Shown here: one piece after another, positions 48,399 through 58,683 of the stretch
Numbering within the stretch: the first letter of the stretch is position 1
Layout of the letters: every line of letters begins with the position of its first letter
From: an uncultured Candidatus Saccharibacteria bacterium
GTDB taxonomy: Bacteria; Patescibacteriota; Minisyncoccia; SW-4-49-11
Assembly (NCBI GenBank): GCA_964585065.1
Contig: CAZPCB010000002.1
Coordinates: 1,006-65,005 of the forward strand
Length of the DNA: 64,000 nt
Reading direction: 5' to 3'
Translations under genes and position numbers: made by a program
Notes under the pieces: model-generated
The model's input: only the letters and a program-made list of their open reading frames with translations
What the model was told of the DNA's origin: nothing
The model's database searches: none

Positions 48399-49610
48399 TT
48401 AATTCATTTCACAAGCAATACCATCTTCATCTCTGTCCCGACTAAGTCGATAATTAGGGTCATTTTTAGGGAAATTACCCAGTCCCTTTTCATTTAATGT
48501 ATCACAACTTCCAGGAATATATTCACTAGCTGACTTAGTACTTTGTTTTTTTTCAGTTATAGGTTCTATATTTGGTGGTGTGGGTATGCTTGGTTTTTGG
48601 GGTTTATTTATTTGAGCTTGTAACCTTTCAGCTACAGCCTTACTTGTATCACCATTACAGGTGTTTGGTGACCATAAGCCTTTATTATTATCTCTAGACT
48701 CTTTTTGATATTGATTAAATTCTTCCAGTTTTGGATGAGGAAATTTAGTATAAGAATTAGCATATCCCTGTTTTACCATCTCCGCATTATAGAATAGTCC
48801 ATCTTTACGATATACATAGGCGAGAGTTCTCCCATATTTATCTATGCGATTAGCTGGATCAAATTCCAAATACACTTCTTGATTATCTAGTAGCTCTTTT
48901 GCCTTATTACTCGCTTCCTCACCGTAGCATTGCACAGGTTTACGAGGATCTTTCGTTTCTGGAGTATCTATACCAATTAATCGTATTGTTCCTAAATCAT
49001 TTACTTTTATTGTATCTCCATCCACCACTGCAGTAACGGTAAATAATTTAGTATCTTGGGTATTATTATCATTTCCTAGAATTAATTTATTAACTTCTAT
49101 TGTCTTATTTATATCTTGAGCCTCTTTATCATCCCCTGTATCATAATCAGGATTAGCAATAATATTCAGGTTTGGAGAATTTTTTTCTTCTGAAGAAGTA
49201 GTGTTATCTATTGATACCGTTTTAGTACTATTAATAGTATTAAATGGAATAATACTATTAGAATAGGCAATTGCAGCAATACTAAATAAAACATAAATAC
49301 TAATAAATAGTATACTTATTGATAATAATCTCCTTAATTTTGGCCTATCTTTATTTTTCTTTTTTATATACGGTATATTACGAATACCCCATATCCATAA
49401 AGGAAGTACAATTAAGCATATTAATAAGGATATATAGGGTATAAAGAATGAAGTTATAAGTATAATACTACTAATAACAATAATCTTATGTTTACGCCAT
49501 AAGATAGCTATTAGCTGTTGTAGTTCCGATCCCATCGATTCATTTTGAACTAATTTTTCCTGCTGCTTTTCTTCTTTTTCTATCATACAGTTATATATTT
49601 CTTTATTCAT
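48399..49610 (-). CDS. membrane-anchored thermonuclease (SNase-like) with a C-terminal Excalibur Ca-binding motif
   Basis: VVDGDTIKV..IRLIGIDTPE..YGR..AYVY (SNase fold); C-terminal DRDEDGIACE; N-terminal TMs. Confidence 0.8.
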   Translation of the reverse strand: MNKEIYNCMIEKEEKQQEKLVQNESMGSELQQLIAILWRKHKIIVISSIILITSFFIPYISLLICLIVLPLWIWGIRNIPYIKKKNKDRPKLRRLLSISILFISIYVLFSIAAIAYSNSIIPFNTINSTKTVSIDNTTSSEEKNSPNLNIIANPDYDTGDDKEAQDINKTIEVNKLILGNDNNTQDTKLFTVTAVVDGDTIKVNDLGTIRLIGIDTPETKDPRKPVQCYGEEASNKAKELLDNQEVYLEFDPANRIDKYGRTLAYVYRKDGLFYNAEMVKQGYANSYTKFPHPKLEEFNQYQKESRDNNKGLWSPNTCNGDTSKAVAERLQAQINKPQKPSIPTPPNIEPITEKKQSTKSASEYIPGSCDTLNEKGLGNFPKNDPNYRLSRDRDEDGIACEMN

Positions 49611-49787
49611 TGTATCATATATATAATATTAGAGTAGATAATTTGTTATATATAAGCCAAAATATAGTATTTTTATTGACAAATTTACCTATTTATTATA
49701 TACTATTTTTGAATCTAAAATCATTAGACAAGGTTGATTTTGAATCAAGACATTAGTCTGTTTATTCCGTTTTGAAGTTCGAATTCC

Positions 49788-50924
49788 TTGTATTTAGTTA
49801 AGAATCCTATTAGTACGTCTGTTTTTCAATTATCCAAAAACCAGGTGACACGATTCATAAAAAATGCCACAAGGCATAGCCAAGATAAAATAAGTTGGAT
49901 TATTCTTACCCTCGTAGTAGGATTAGTCGTATTCAGTAATATAGCCTATGCAGGAAAGCTTCCTCTTGGGTCAACTCTTCTTGCTAATAATAATTTAGGA
50001 GGTCCCCTTGATGCATCTCTTGGATCTGTTGGTGTTCTTCAAGGAAATGGAATTCTTGGACTTCCAAGTGATGAAGAGTCTAATACTGATATTCCTGTTG
50101 TTGATACTAATATTATCAATGGTCTTAATGCACCTGAAGGATATACAAAGGAGGCCTCTACTCCTGTAGTTAGAGAATATGTGGTGCAGCAAGGTGATAC
50201 TATTGATAGTATTGCACAAAAATTTGGTATTTCATCCGAAACTGTCGCTATTGCAAATGATATTAAAGACTTAAAACAAAATCCTGCTATTAATACTAAT
50301 TTAGATATTCTTCCAGAAAATGGTGTTGAGGTTGAATTAAAAGAGGGACAATCTTTAGCTGATTTAGCTTCAAGGTATAATGTTTCTGAGCAAACTATAC
50401 GAGATTATAATAATATTGGAGATAATTTAGCTCTTGGAACTACCATTATTATCCCAAATGCAGTTGTTCCTAATGAGGAAAAGCCTTTCCCTACGGCTGA
50501 GCCTGTACAACCCAAGAAAGTTGCTACAAAAAAGTCAATTCCTGCTACCAATGTACAATCAGCTAATCTTCCTAGTAATGATGGGTATTTTGCATTCCCT
50601 ACAACAGGAAATAATTACGGAAGAATTCACTCAAATAATGGTGTAGATATTAGTAATTCTTGTGGTACACCTATTTATGCTTCTGCTGAAGGAGTTATAA
50701 CTACATCTCAAGATGGATGGAATGGTGGATATGGAAATTATATTAAAATCACTCATCCTAATGGAGTTGTAACTCTTTATGGCCATCTTAGCAGTAGAGC
50801 TTTACAAACTGGTGCTTCTGTAACCAAGGGTCAATATCTTGGAGCTATGGGAACTACTGGTAATTCAAGTGGATGTCATCTTCATTTTGAAGTAAGAGGA
50901 GGACGAAATCCTTTAGCTCGATAA
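49788..50924 (+). CDS. LysM-domain M23 family metallopeptidase
   Basis: Two LysM repeats (YVVQQGDTIDSIAQKFGIS; ..LADLASRYNVSEQTIRDYN) and a C-terminal M23 domain (H..G.D, GGYGNYIKI.H, HLHFE). Confidence 0.85.
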   Translation: MYLVKNPISTSVFQLSKNQVTRFIKNATRHSQDKISWIILTLVVGLVVFSNIAYAGKLPLGSTLLANNNLGGPLDASLGSVGVLQGNGILGLPSDEESNTDIPVVDTNIINGLNAPEGYTKEASTPVVREYVVQQGDTIDSIAQKFGISSETVAIANDIKDLKQNPAINTNLDILPENGVEVELKEGQSLADLASRYNVSEQTIRDYNNIGDNLALGTTIIIPNAVVPNEEKPFPTAEPVQPKKVATKKSIPATNVQSANLPSNDGYFAFPTTGNNYGRIHSNNGVDISNSCGTPIYASAEGVITTSQDGWNGGYGNYIKITHPNGVVTLYGHLSSRALQTGASVTKGQYLGAMGTTGNSSGCHLHFEVRGGRNPLAR

Positions 50925-50990
50925 TTTTTATTCCCCTATACAAATAGTACTATTAGGAATATACTGAACGTATATATTAACATTACTATT

Positions 50991-51347
50991 ATGAGTGAAG
51001 AAAAGAAGACCTCTAAAAAAGTAACCATAGTCCCAACTGATAGACAAAAAAATATTGCCGCTATTAGCTATATATTCTTTATTATTGGATATTTTACCGT
51101 AGAAAAAGACTCTCCTTTTGTGAAATTTCATATGAAACAATCTCTCACTTTATTAATTTTTGCTGCTGCTATTAGTTTTACTCTAAGTATTTTTGGGATT
51201 ATACCTATATTAGGTTGGTTAATTGCTTTTTTGGGTGGTATTCTTTCTCTTATTTTATTTGTTATTGGAATTATTAATGCCTTATCTGGAGAAGAAAAAG
51301 AGCTTCCTCTTATTGGTAAATATACTGAAAATTTATTCAGTTTTTAA
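50991..51347 (+). CDS. small multi-TM membrane protein (DUF4870-like)
   Basis: 118 aa; FVKFHMKQSL motif and 3 TMs. Confidence 0.4.
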   Translation: MSEEKKTSKKVTIVPTDRQKNIAAISYIFFIIGYFTVEKDSPFVKFHMKQSLTLLIFAAAISFTLSIFGIIPILGWLIAFLGGILSLILFVIGIINALSGEEKELPLIGKYTENLFSF

Positions 51348-52867
51348 GCTACTTTTTCGCGATATTGTAAGGCTTCTGCAATATGAGTTATTTGAATATT
51401 CTCTGAATGAGCGATATCCGCAATGGTGCGGGATAATTTGAGAATTCTATTATAGGCTCTGGCGGATAAATTCATTTTCGTGACAGCTTGGGTTAGAAGA
51501 TGTTGTGAGGCTTTATCTAATATACAAATTTCTTGAATTTGTTTTATATTCATTTCACTATTGGTTTTAATTCCCATATGTTGAAATCGTTCTTTTTGTA
51601 TTGCACGAGCTTTTTCTACTCTATTACGAATTGACTCTGATGATTCTTCTAATACTTCTGAAGGCTTAATTAATTCTTCAGTTTTGACTTTTTCTACCTG
51701 AATAATCATATCTATTCTGTCGAGTAATGGCCCGGATATTTTTTGCTGATAGCGTACAATTTGAGCTTGAGAACAAATACATTCTCTATCATTATCAGTA
51801 AGATAGCCACAAGGGCAAGGATTTTGGCTAGCAATAAGCATAAAGTCAGCAGGAAAGGTTAGAGATCCCTGTGCTCTGGATATTGTCACTATTCTATCTT
51901 CTAATGGTTGCCGTAAACTTTCTAATACTAATCGAGGAAACTCCGGAAATTCATCCATATAGAGCACTCCGCGATGAGCGAGACTAATTTCACCTGGTTT
52001 AGGAAAACTCCCGCCTCCGATTAAAGAAATGGACGATGCGGTATGATGTGGTGCTCGAAAGGGTCTACTAATTATGAGTGGGTTATCTGAACTCAGATTT
52101 CCTGCAATACTATATAATTGAGAAACTTCTAATACTTCTTCCCTATCCATTATCGGTAATATGGTGGGTATGGTTCGAGATAATAATGTTTTACCAGCCC
52201 CTGGAGGTCCTGTCATTAATATATTATGCGCTCCCGCGGCTGCGATTTCTAAAGCTCTTTTGGCGAGCTTTTGTCCTCGTATATAAGACATATCTATATC
52301 AGATATATGAGGTTTGGGTATAAAATGATAGGGAGGAGTAGCTTGAATTTGTGTATGTACTTTATTATCAAAATGATCAATTAATTCCTGTATATGACTA
52401 ATGGCTAAAATGGTTATGCCCTCTACAAGAGAAGCTTCTTTGGCATTATCTGCTGGTATAATAATAAAGGGTATATGTTGTTGTTTGGCATATATTGCAA
52501 TTGGTAATATACCTTGTACACCTCGTATTGATCCATCTAATCCCATTTCTCCAAGAATAATATATTCTTTTTCTGGAAATTGAATAAGTTCTAAAGCTTT
52601 TAAGATAGCTACCGCCATTGGTAAATCATAGGCTGTTCCAATTTTCTTTACTTCAGCTGGAGCTAAATTAAGTACAAATCGTTTTTGGGGTAAAACAATG
52701 CCACTATTTTTAAGCCCTAAGCGCATACGCTCTTTAGCTTCATTGATAGCAGTATCGGGTAATCCAACTATTGTAATACCTGGTAATCCCTGAGTCATAT
52801 CAACTTCAATCTCTATTCTTTGCCCATTTAGTCCTAGAGTTGCTGCTGATTGTACTCGGGATAACAT
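51344..52867 (-). CDS. comM: Mg-chelatase-like AAA+ protein YifB/ComM
   Basis: 507 aa; N-terminal ChlI-like subdomain, Walker A GPPGAGKT, C-terminal domain. Confidence 0.85.
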   Translation of the reverse strand: MLSRVQSAATLGLNGQRIEIEVDMTQGLPGITIVGLPDTAINEAKERMRLGLKNSGIVLPQKRFVLNLAPAEVKKIGTAYDLPMAVAILKALELIQFPEKEYIILGEMGLDGSIRGVQGILPIAIYAKQQHIPFIIIPADNAKEASLVEGITILAISHIQELIDHFDNKVHTQIQATPPYHFIPKPHISDIDMSYIRGQKLAKRALEIAAAGAHNILMTGPPGAGKTLLSRTIPTILPIMDREEVLEVSQLYSIAGNLSSDNPLIISRPFRAPHHTASSISLIGGGSFPKPGEISLAHRGVLYMDEFPEFPRLVLESLRQPLEDRIVTISRAQGSLTFPADFMLIASQNPCPCGYLTDNDRECICSQAQIVRYQQKISGPLLDRIDMIIQVEKVKTEELIKPSEVLEESSESIRNRVEKARAIQKERFQHMGIKTNSEMNIKQIQEICILDKASQHLLTQAVTKMNLSARAYNRILKLSRTIADIAHSENIQITHIAEALQYREKVA

Positions 52868-52871
52868 ATAT

Positions 52872-53981
52872 TTAATCTCGAATTGGCATTATAAGATAAA
52901 AGAAATCTGGAATATCAGGACTTTTGAGAATAACAGGAGAATCCGTATCATTAAGGTTGAATTGTATTGGCTTATCTTGGAATAATTGTATACCGTCCAA
53001 AAGATAATTATAATTAAAGGCTACAGCCAAATTAATTTCACCCGTACTATGTATAGGTAATTTAGTGGTATTAGCTCCAACTTGAGAATCTGAAGAACTA
53101 ATGCTCAAAGTACTATCATCTTGAATAGTTAATTTGACATCATGAACCGTATTCTGAGAGAATACTGAAGCTAATTTTATAGCCTGTACTAATTCCTGAC
53201 TATCTATATCAAATAATGTATTGAATTTTTGAGGAATAAGTCCTTCATATTGAGGAAAATTCCCTTCAATTAATTTTGATACTATTTCTACCGTATCAGC
53301 AATAATATGTATTTGAGAAGCTCCAAATTGTAATGTCACTTCTACTTCTTCTAGGGCGTCCAATACTCGAATAATTTCTGCTACTGTTTTACTTGGAATA
53401 ATAAGAGAAAAATTTTCTTCAGCAGGACTTGATAAAGTAATTCTCTTTTCACTAAGTCGAAATCCATCAGTTCCAACAAAAATTAATTGCTGATCTTTTT
53501 TTGCAATATATACTCCGGAAATTTCTGGGCGAAAATCATTTTTAGGTAAAGCACCATATACTGTCTTGAGAGCTTGCTTCAATTCTATACTTCCTACCAC
53601 TAATTGCTTATTTGCTTCTATTTGGGGAAGTTGTGGGAATTCATCTGCAATAATACCTTTGAATTCAGCAGTAATATCTTTTCCTTGTTCTATAGTAAGT
53701 TTATCATCTACAACCGTTAAATCTAATTTATCTTGTGGTAAATTTCGAATATAGGCAAGTAAAGTATCTTGAGGAATACAAATAGCCCCTTCAGCTTCTT
53801 CTTTTCCTCTAATATGTACCCGTATTCCAATTTCTAAATTGGTGGAGCTAATTGTGAGTGATCCTTTATCTCCTTGTAATAAAAAGGTTTGTAAAACTGG
53901 TAATGTTGTAGCTCGTGAAGAACTTTGCCGAGCTATACTCAGTCCCTTTAAAAGATTTTCTTGCAAACAGGTGAATTTCAT
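52872..53981 (-). CDS. dnaN: DNA polymerase III beta sliding clamp
   Basis: 369 aa, three-domain architecture, N-terminal MKF.C....L; immediately downstream of dnaA. Confidence 0.85.
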   Translation of the reverse strand: MKFTCLQENLLKGLSIARQSSSRATTLPVLQTFLLQGDKGSLTISSTNLEIGIRVHIRGKEEAEGAICIPQDTLLAYIRNLPQDKLDLTVVDDKLTIEQGKDITAEFKGIIADEFPQLPQIEANKQLVVGSIELKQALKTVYGALPKNDFRPEISGVYIAKKDQQLIFVGTDGFRLSEKRITLSSPAEENFSLIIPSKTVAEIIRVLDALEEVEVTLQFGASQIHIIADTVEIVSKLIEGNFPQYEGLIPQKFNTLFDIDSQELVQAIKLASVFSQNTVHDVKLTIQDDSTLSISSSDSQVGANTTKLPIHSTGEINLAVAFNYNYLLDGIQLFQDKPIQFNLNDTDSPVILKSPDIPDFFYLIMPIRD

Positions 53982-54331
53982 ATCTTCTCTATCTTACTCT
54001 ATTTCTATATATGTATTATACCTTGAATAATTCCTTTTTTCTAGTTTATTTGTTTTCTTGTCCTTTATTTATATAAAGTATAATAGTAGATAGTAGTATG
54101 TGTGGAAAAGCTGAAAACTGGTTTTTGACCGCATAAATACTGTGTGTCAAGTGGGGATATCATTTGGGATAAGTCTCTTATAACTTTGGGGATAAAACAG
54201 AGTGGGAAAAATCTCTGTGGATTAAGTCCTATTTATACACAATAGTATTCACAGAAATCTAGTGATTTTATATAAGTTATACACAACTTATTAACAATAG
54301 TTAAGGAATTACAAAGGAGGTTTTTTCTGTA
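53982..54331. promoter_or_regulatory. AT-rich dnaA-dnaN intergenic region with a cluster of DnaA-box-like 9-mers (each one mismatch from TTATCCACA/TGTGGATAA): candidate oriC segment
   Basis: tgtggaaaa (54099), tggggataa (54186), tgtggatta (54217), ttatacaca (54233 and 54267). Confidence 0.5.
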
Positions 54332-55774
54332 TTATGAAGATGCGGGATTTTCCTCATTATATAATTTATTTTTTAATAACGTAATATCTTGCTCAAGACT
54401 GTAATTGGTTACAATATCCTTTTTTACCTTATTCCAAGCATGCATAACTGTGCTATGATCTTTACCCCCTAATAATTCTCCAATATTAGGAAAAGTAAGC
54501 TTTAATTCTTCTCGAATTAAGTACATCGCAATTTGCCTTGGTATTGCGATATCTTTTTTACGGCTTTTAGACAATAAATCTTCTTTGGTAATATGAAAAT
54601 GTTCAGCCACGGTATCGAGAATCATATCAGTGTTCACAATACGTTGAGAATGAATTTGTCCCCCTTCAATTAACTTATCTACTAATTCAGGAGTAACTTT
54701 GGCTCCTAGAAGTTGTACTCGTCCAATAATTTTATTTAGAGCCCCCTCTAATTCACGCACATTGCTTCGTATGCGCTCAGCAATGACATAAATAATATCA
54801 TCATCAAGATGAAAATTCTTTTGAATACATTTACTTTTAAGAATAGCTACACGAGTTTCAAATTCTGGAATAGCTACATCCACAATCATACCTCCTTCAA
54901 ATCGAGACTTTAATCTATCATTTAAAGTCTTTATAGCACTTGGTGGTCTATCACTTGTGAATACAATTTGCTTATTATGAGCATAAAGTTCATTAAAGGT
55001 ATTAAAAACCTCATATTGAGTAGCCTCTTTACCCCCAATAAATTGAATATCGTCAATAATCAAGAGATCAACAGCTCTATGCCGAGCTTTAAAATCTTCC
55101 ATACGTCCATTTTTGAGAGAATTCATTAAATCTGAGATGAATACATCTGAGGTAACATACAGGATATTCTTATTCTTTTTATTGAGACTATTCGCAATAG
55201 CTTGAATAAGATGAGTTTTCCCTAATCCCACACCTCCATAAATAAATAAGGGATTATAACGAGTTCCAGGCTCATTTGCAACTGATTGAGCAGCAGCATG
55301 GGCAAGTTCATTGGATGATCCCACAATAAAATTTTCAAAAGTATAATTCTCTTTTAAGAGAGCAGTTCCACTGGGCTTAGCAGGGATAATAGTAGGCTCA
55401 GCATATTGATAATTGGGATCCGTATTCTCATTATTCTGCTTTTCCTCTATTTTAGACTTTTTCTCCTTTAATTCTTTATCTTTGAGGTTAATAACAGATT
55501 GAATAGCTTTAGGAGATTGTTTTTGGGTATTTTGAACTACATATTTTACCCGTTTTATAGAACCGGTAATCTTTTGAATGGAGTTTAGAATAGTAACATT
55601 AAATTTATTCTCAAGCCAATCCCGTGTAAAGGCGCTTGGTACGCAAATTACAATTTCTTTATCATCCATACTTATGGGATAAGTATTTTTGATCCACGTA
55701 TTAAACTGAGGTTTACTGATATTGAGTTCTATCTCACCTAATACTGAGTTCCAAACTCTTTGTTTCTCGTCCAT
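54332..55774 (-). CDS. dnaA: chromosomal replication initiator DnaA
   Basis: 480 aa; AAA+ GGVGLGKTHL; C-terminal DNA-binding domain. Confidence 0.95.
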   Translation of the reverse strand: MDEKQRVWNSVLGEIELNISKPQFNTWIKNTYPISMDDKEIVICVPSAFTRDWLENKFNVTILNSIQKITGSIKRVKYVVQNTQKQSPKAIQSVINLKDKELKEKKSKIEEKQNNENTDPNYQYAEPTIIPAKPSGTALLKENYTFENFIVGSSNELAHAAAQSVANEPGTRYNPLFIYGGVGLGKTHLIQAIANSLNKKNKNILYVTSDVFISDLMNSLKNGRMEDFKARHRAVDLLIIDDIQFIGGKEATQYEVFNTFNELYAHNKQIVFTSDRPPSAIKTLNDRLKSRFEGGMIVDVAIPEFETRVAILKSKCIQKNFHLDDDIIYVIAERIRSNVRELEGALNKIIGRVQLLGAKVTPELVDKLIEGGQIHSQRIVNTDMILDTVAEHFHITKEDLLSKSRKKDIAIPRQIAMYLIREELKLTFPNIGELLGGKDHSTVMHAWNKVKKDIVTNYSLEQDITLLKNKLYNEENPASS

Positions 55775-55997
55775 TGCAATCGTCTAAATTGATGATGTTG
55801 ATAATCTGTGGATAAGTTGATTTTATTATACGCTATTGCAGGATTTTTGCAAAGATATCCCCATTAAAGATTGAGTATAAGCTATAATTCACTTTGAATT
55901 CACTTTCAAAAATAACCCTCCCTCAACAATACGGTATTATATCTTGACTTTCTCTTAATAATAAGCTATAATATGCAACAAGTCTATCGTTATATAT
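55775..55997. promoter_or_regulatory. dnaA/rpmH divergent region: one perfect DnaA box and a consensus sigma70 promoter for rpmH
   Basis: TGTGGATAA at 55807-55815; TTGACT at 55944-55949, 17-bp spacer, TATAAT at 55967-55972. Confidence 0.55.
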
Positions 55998-56132
55998 ATG
56001 ATCAAAGGAGCAGCAAGTAAGAATCGTAAAAGAAATCGCCGACATGGTTTTTTGTCTCGTATGGCAACAAAGTCGGGACGAGCTTTAATTAATCGACGCC
56101 GAGCAAGAGGACGAGCAAAATTATCCGTCTAA
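55998..56132 (+). CDS. rpmH: 50S ribosomal protein L34
   Basis: 44 aa, [44 protein letters not shown]; below the ORF-track cutoff, found by eye. Confidence 0.85.
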   Translation: MIKGAASKNRKRNRRHGFLSRMATKSGRALINRRRARGRAKLSV

Positions 56133-56154
56133 TTTACTTTATATAAAAAACACA

Positions 56155-56475
56155 ATGGAGCGGCTGCATGAATCATCAGATATAGCCTCTATATTTGCTG
56201 AGATTAAGCCTCAATATCTTGATATATTTCAGATATATACTCGCCCGAGTGACAAAGATATTACTCGATTGGGTATTATTATTTCAAAAAAACATATACC
56301 ACTTGCTGTCAACCGCAATAGATTCAAAAGACAAGTCCGAGAATTATTTCGCAAGCAAATTGATACAAAAACTAGACATTATGATATACTTGTACTAGTG
56401 CGCAATCGTCCAAAACAAGAGAACAAAACTCAAGTATTTGAGCAATTAACTCAATATATTAATACCTTAATCTAA
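56155..56475 (+). CDS. rnpA: ribonuclease P protein component
   Basis: RLGIIISKKHIPLAVNRNRFKRQVRELFR (RnpA RNR motif); classic rpmH-rnpA-yidC synteny. Confidence 0.8.
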   Translation: MERLHESSDIASIFAEIKPQYLDIFQIYTRPSDKDITRLGIIISKKHIPLAVNRNRFKRQVRELFRKQIDTKTRHYDILVLVRNRPKQENKTQVFEQLTQYINTLI

Positions 56476-56484
56476 ACAATCTGT

Positions 56485-57243
56485 ATGGGATGGCTATTCA
56501 ATGAATTATTATATCGACCATTATTCAACTCAATGGTATTCTTCTATGATATTATACCAGGAGCTAATCTTGGTTTAGCAATTATACTTACCACCCTTAT
56601 TGTGCGAGTATTAATGATACCTTTGTATAGGGCTAGTATAAAAAGTCAGCGAGAAATTACTATTATACAACCTATAATTAAGGAAATACAGACTAAGTAT
56701 AAAGATGATAAGCAAAAGCTTTCTGAGGAGTTAATGAAAGCCTATAAAGAGCATAATGTTAATCCATTTGCGGGAATAGTATTATTATTAGTACAACTCC
56801 CTATACTTATTGCTATTTATCAGGTATCTCTCAATTTATTCAAGCCTGAAACCTATCCTGCGCTTTATTCTTTTGTAACTTTGCCAGAGAATGGGTTTAA
56901 CAATATGTCATTCTTTTCTTTAAATATAGCTGAGCCAAACAATATTATACTCGCCTTACTAGTTGGAATTTCACAGTATTATCAGATTCGACTTATTATG
57001 AAGAGAACTCAACCAAAAAAAGTTGAAGATAAGAAAAAGAAAAAATCAGATAAGCCAGAAGCACCAGATTTTGCAACTATTCTCAATAAACAAATGTTAT
57101 TCTTAATGCCAATACTAGTCACAGTATTTGCTTATACATTACCAGCATCTATGAGTTTGTATTGGATTACTACAACCGTATTCACTATAGTACAAGAGTT
57201 TTTCCTTATCAGACAAGTTGATAAAGCAGAGGGGGTAAAATAA
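56485..57243 (+). CDS. yidC: membrane protein insertase YidC (short Oxa1-like form)
   Basis: 252 aa, 5 TM, basic C-terminal tail; follows rnpA. Confidence 0.8.
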   Translation: MGWLFNELLYRPLFNSMVFFYDIIPGANLGLAIILTTLIVRVLMIPLYRASIKSQREITIIQPIIKEIQTKYKDDKQKLSEELMKAYKEHNVNPFAGIVLLLVQLPILIAIYQVSLNLFKPETYPALYSFVTLPENGFNNMSFFSLNIAEPNNIILALLVGISQYYQIRLIMKRTQPKKVEDKKKKKSDKPEAPDFATILNKQMLFLMPILVTVFAYTLPASMSLYWITTTVFTIVQEFFLIRQVDKAEGVK

Positions 57244-57252
57244 TACTCATCT

Positions 57253-58683
57253 ATGACATTAAATAAGAAATTAGCCCTGAATAGTATTATCCAAATTTTA
57301 GGTAAATTTGTGATGATAGTAGTTGGGTTTATTTCTATACGTATACTCACCACCACATTGGGAGTAGAAGGATTTGGAGCTTATATTACTATTACTAGTT
57401 ATCTCATTATCGCGAGCGTAATCGCTGAATATGGATTTAATGCCTTACTCACCACCGAAATCGCCGGTAAAAATGAGGAAGAAGCAGGACATATTGTAAA
57501 TAATCTATTCACTGCCCGCCTGTTAATGGCAATATCCATAATTGGTATATTTGCCTCTTTGGCTGTATGGCTTATCCCATCCTATTCTACAGAGGTGAAA
57601 TGGCTAGTTGCTCTTGGGGCTATAGGAACAATAGGATCATCATTATCTCAGGTTTTGGTAGGAGTATTTCAGACCAAATTACGCACAGATAAAATCACTA
57701 TAGGAGATTTTATTGCCCGAATCACATTAACTGTAGGAGTTATTCTTCTTGCCCTACTTGGTACGGTGAATTTATTCTGGGTAATGGTAGTATATAGCAT
57801 AGCAGGAATTGCTCAGGCTATTTTTGTCATATCCGCCACTTATAAATATTATCCTCTCAAACTCACTATCGATTGGCCTTATTGGAAATATATATTCAAA
57901 AAAGCCTTTCCCCTCTTTATTATTATTACCTTTAATCTCATCTATTATCGAATAGATGTCATTATGTTATCCATAATGAAAGATCAAAGCGCAGTGGGAT
58001 TATATGGAGCTGCTTACAAAATCCTTGAAGTTTTAATTGCTCTACCTGGAATGTTTATGGGATTATTATTACCCCTATTTGCAAAATATTATAAACAAGA
58101 CCGAGAGAGATTCAAACATGTATTCCAGCAAGCTTTTAATATCCTACTCACTATCGCAATACCATTAACCGTAGGAGGAATACTATTATCTGGTAAAATA
58201 CTGGAACTTATTGCAGGAGCAGAATTCCTCCCTGCTACCGCTACATTACAAATCTTATTTGTAGGAATAGGGTTTATATTTATGGGGAATCTTATGGGGC
58301 ATATCTTAATAGGAGCTGAGTTTCAGAATAAAAGTATGTATATTGCTATTATTGGGGCATTCTTTAATGTAGGGCTTAATCTCTATCTTATACCCCGATA
58401 CTCCTATTTTGGAGCTGCAGCAGCAACCGCTATAACAGAGGGATTGGTCCTTATTAGCTATATTTATCTGGTTAGGCGATATGTAAAATGGTTCCCACGC
58501 TTCCAATGGATACATATACTGACACTTGTCGCCACTGCAATAATGGGAATAGTATTATATGTAATACATGATTGGAATATATTTCTTCAATCGGTGATAG
58601 CGGTATTAGTATTTGGGCTTACTCTTCTTCCCCTTGGAATTAATCGACTAAAACAGTATTATGCCATCAATATTCAAGAATAA
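57253..58683 (+). CDS. MOP-superfamily polysaccharide/lipid-linked-oligosaccharide flippase (Wzx/MurJ-like)
   Basis: 476 aa, ~14 TM; N-terminal ..LNSIIQILGKF.. Confidence 0.6.
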   Translation: MTLNKKLALNSIIQILGKFVMIVVGFISIRILTTTLGVEGFGAYITITSYLIIASVIAEYGFNALLTTEIAGKNEEEAGHIVNNLFTARLLMAISIIGIFASLAVWLIPSYSTEVKWLVALGAIGTIGSSLSQVLVGVFQTKLRTDKITIGDFIARITLTVGVILLALLGTVNLFWVMVVYSIAGIAQAIFVISATYKYYPLKLTIDWPYWKYIFKKAFPLFIIITFNLIYYRIDVIMLSIMKDQSAVGLYGAAYKILEVLIALPGMFMGLLLPLFAKYYKQDRERFKHVFQQAFNILLTIAIPLTVGGILLSGKILELIAGAEFLPATATLQILFVGIGFIFMGNLMGHILIGAEFQNKSMYIAIIGAFFNVGLNLYLIPRYSYFGAAAATAITEGLVLISYIYLVRRYVKWFPRFQWIHILTLVATAIMGIVLYVIHDWNIFLQSVIAVLVFGLTLLPLGINRLKQYYAINIQE

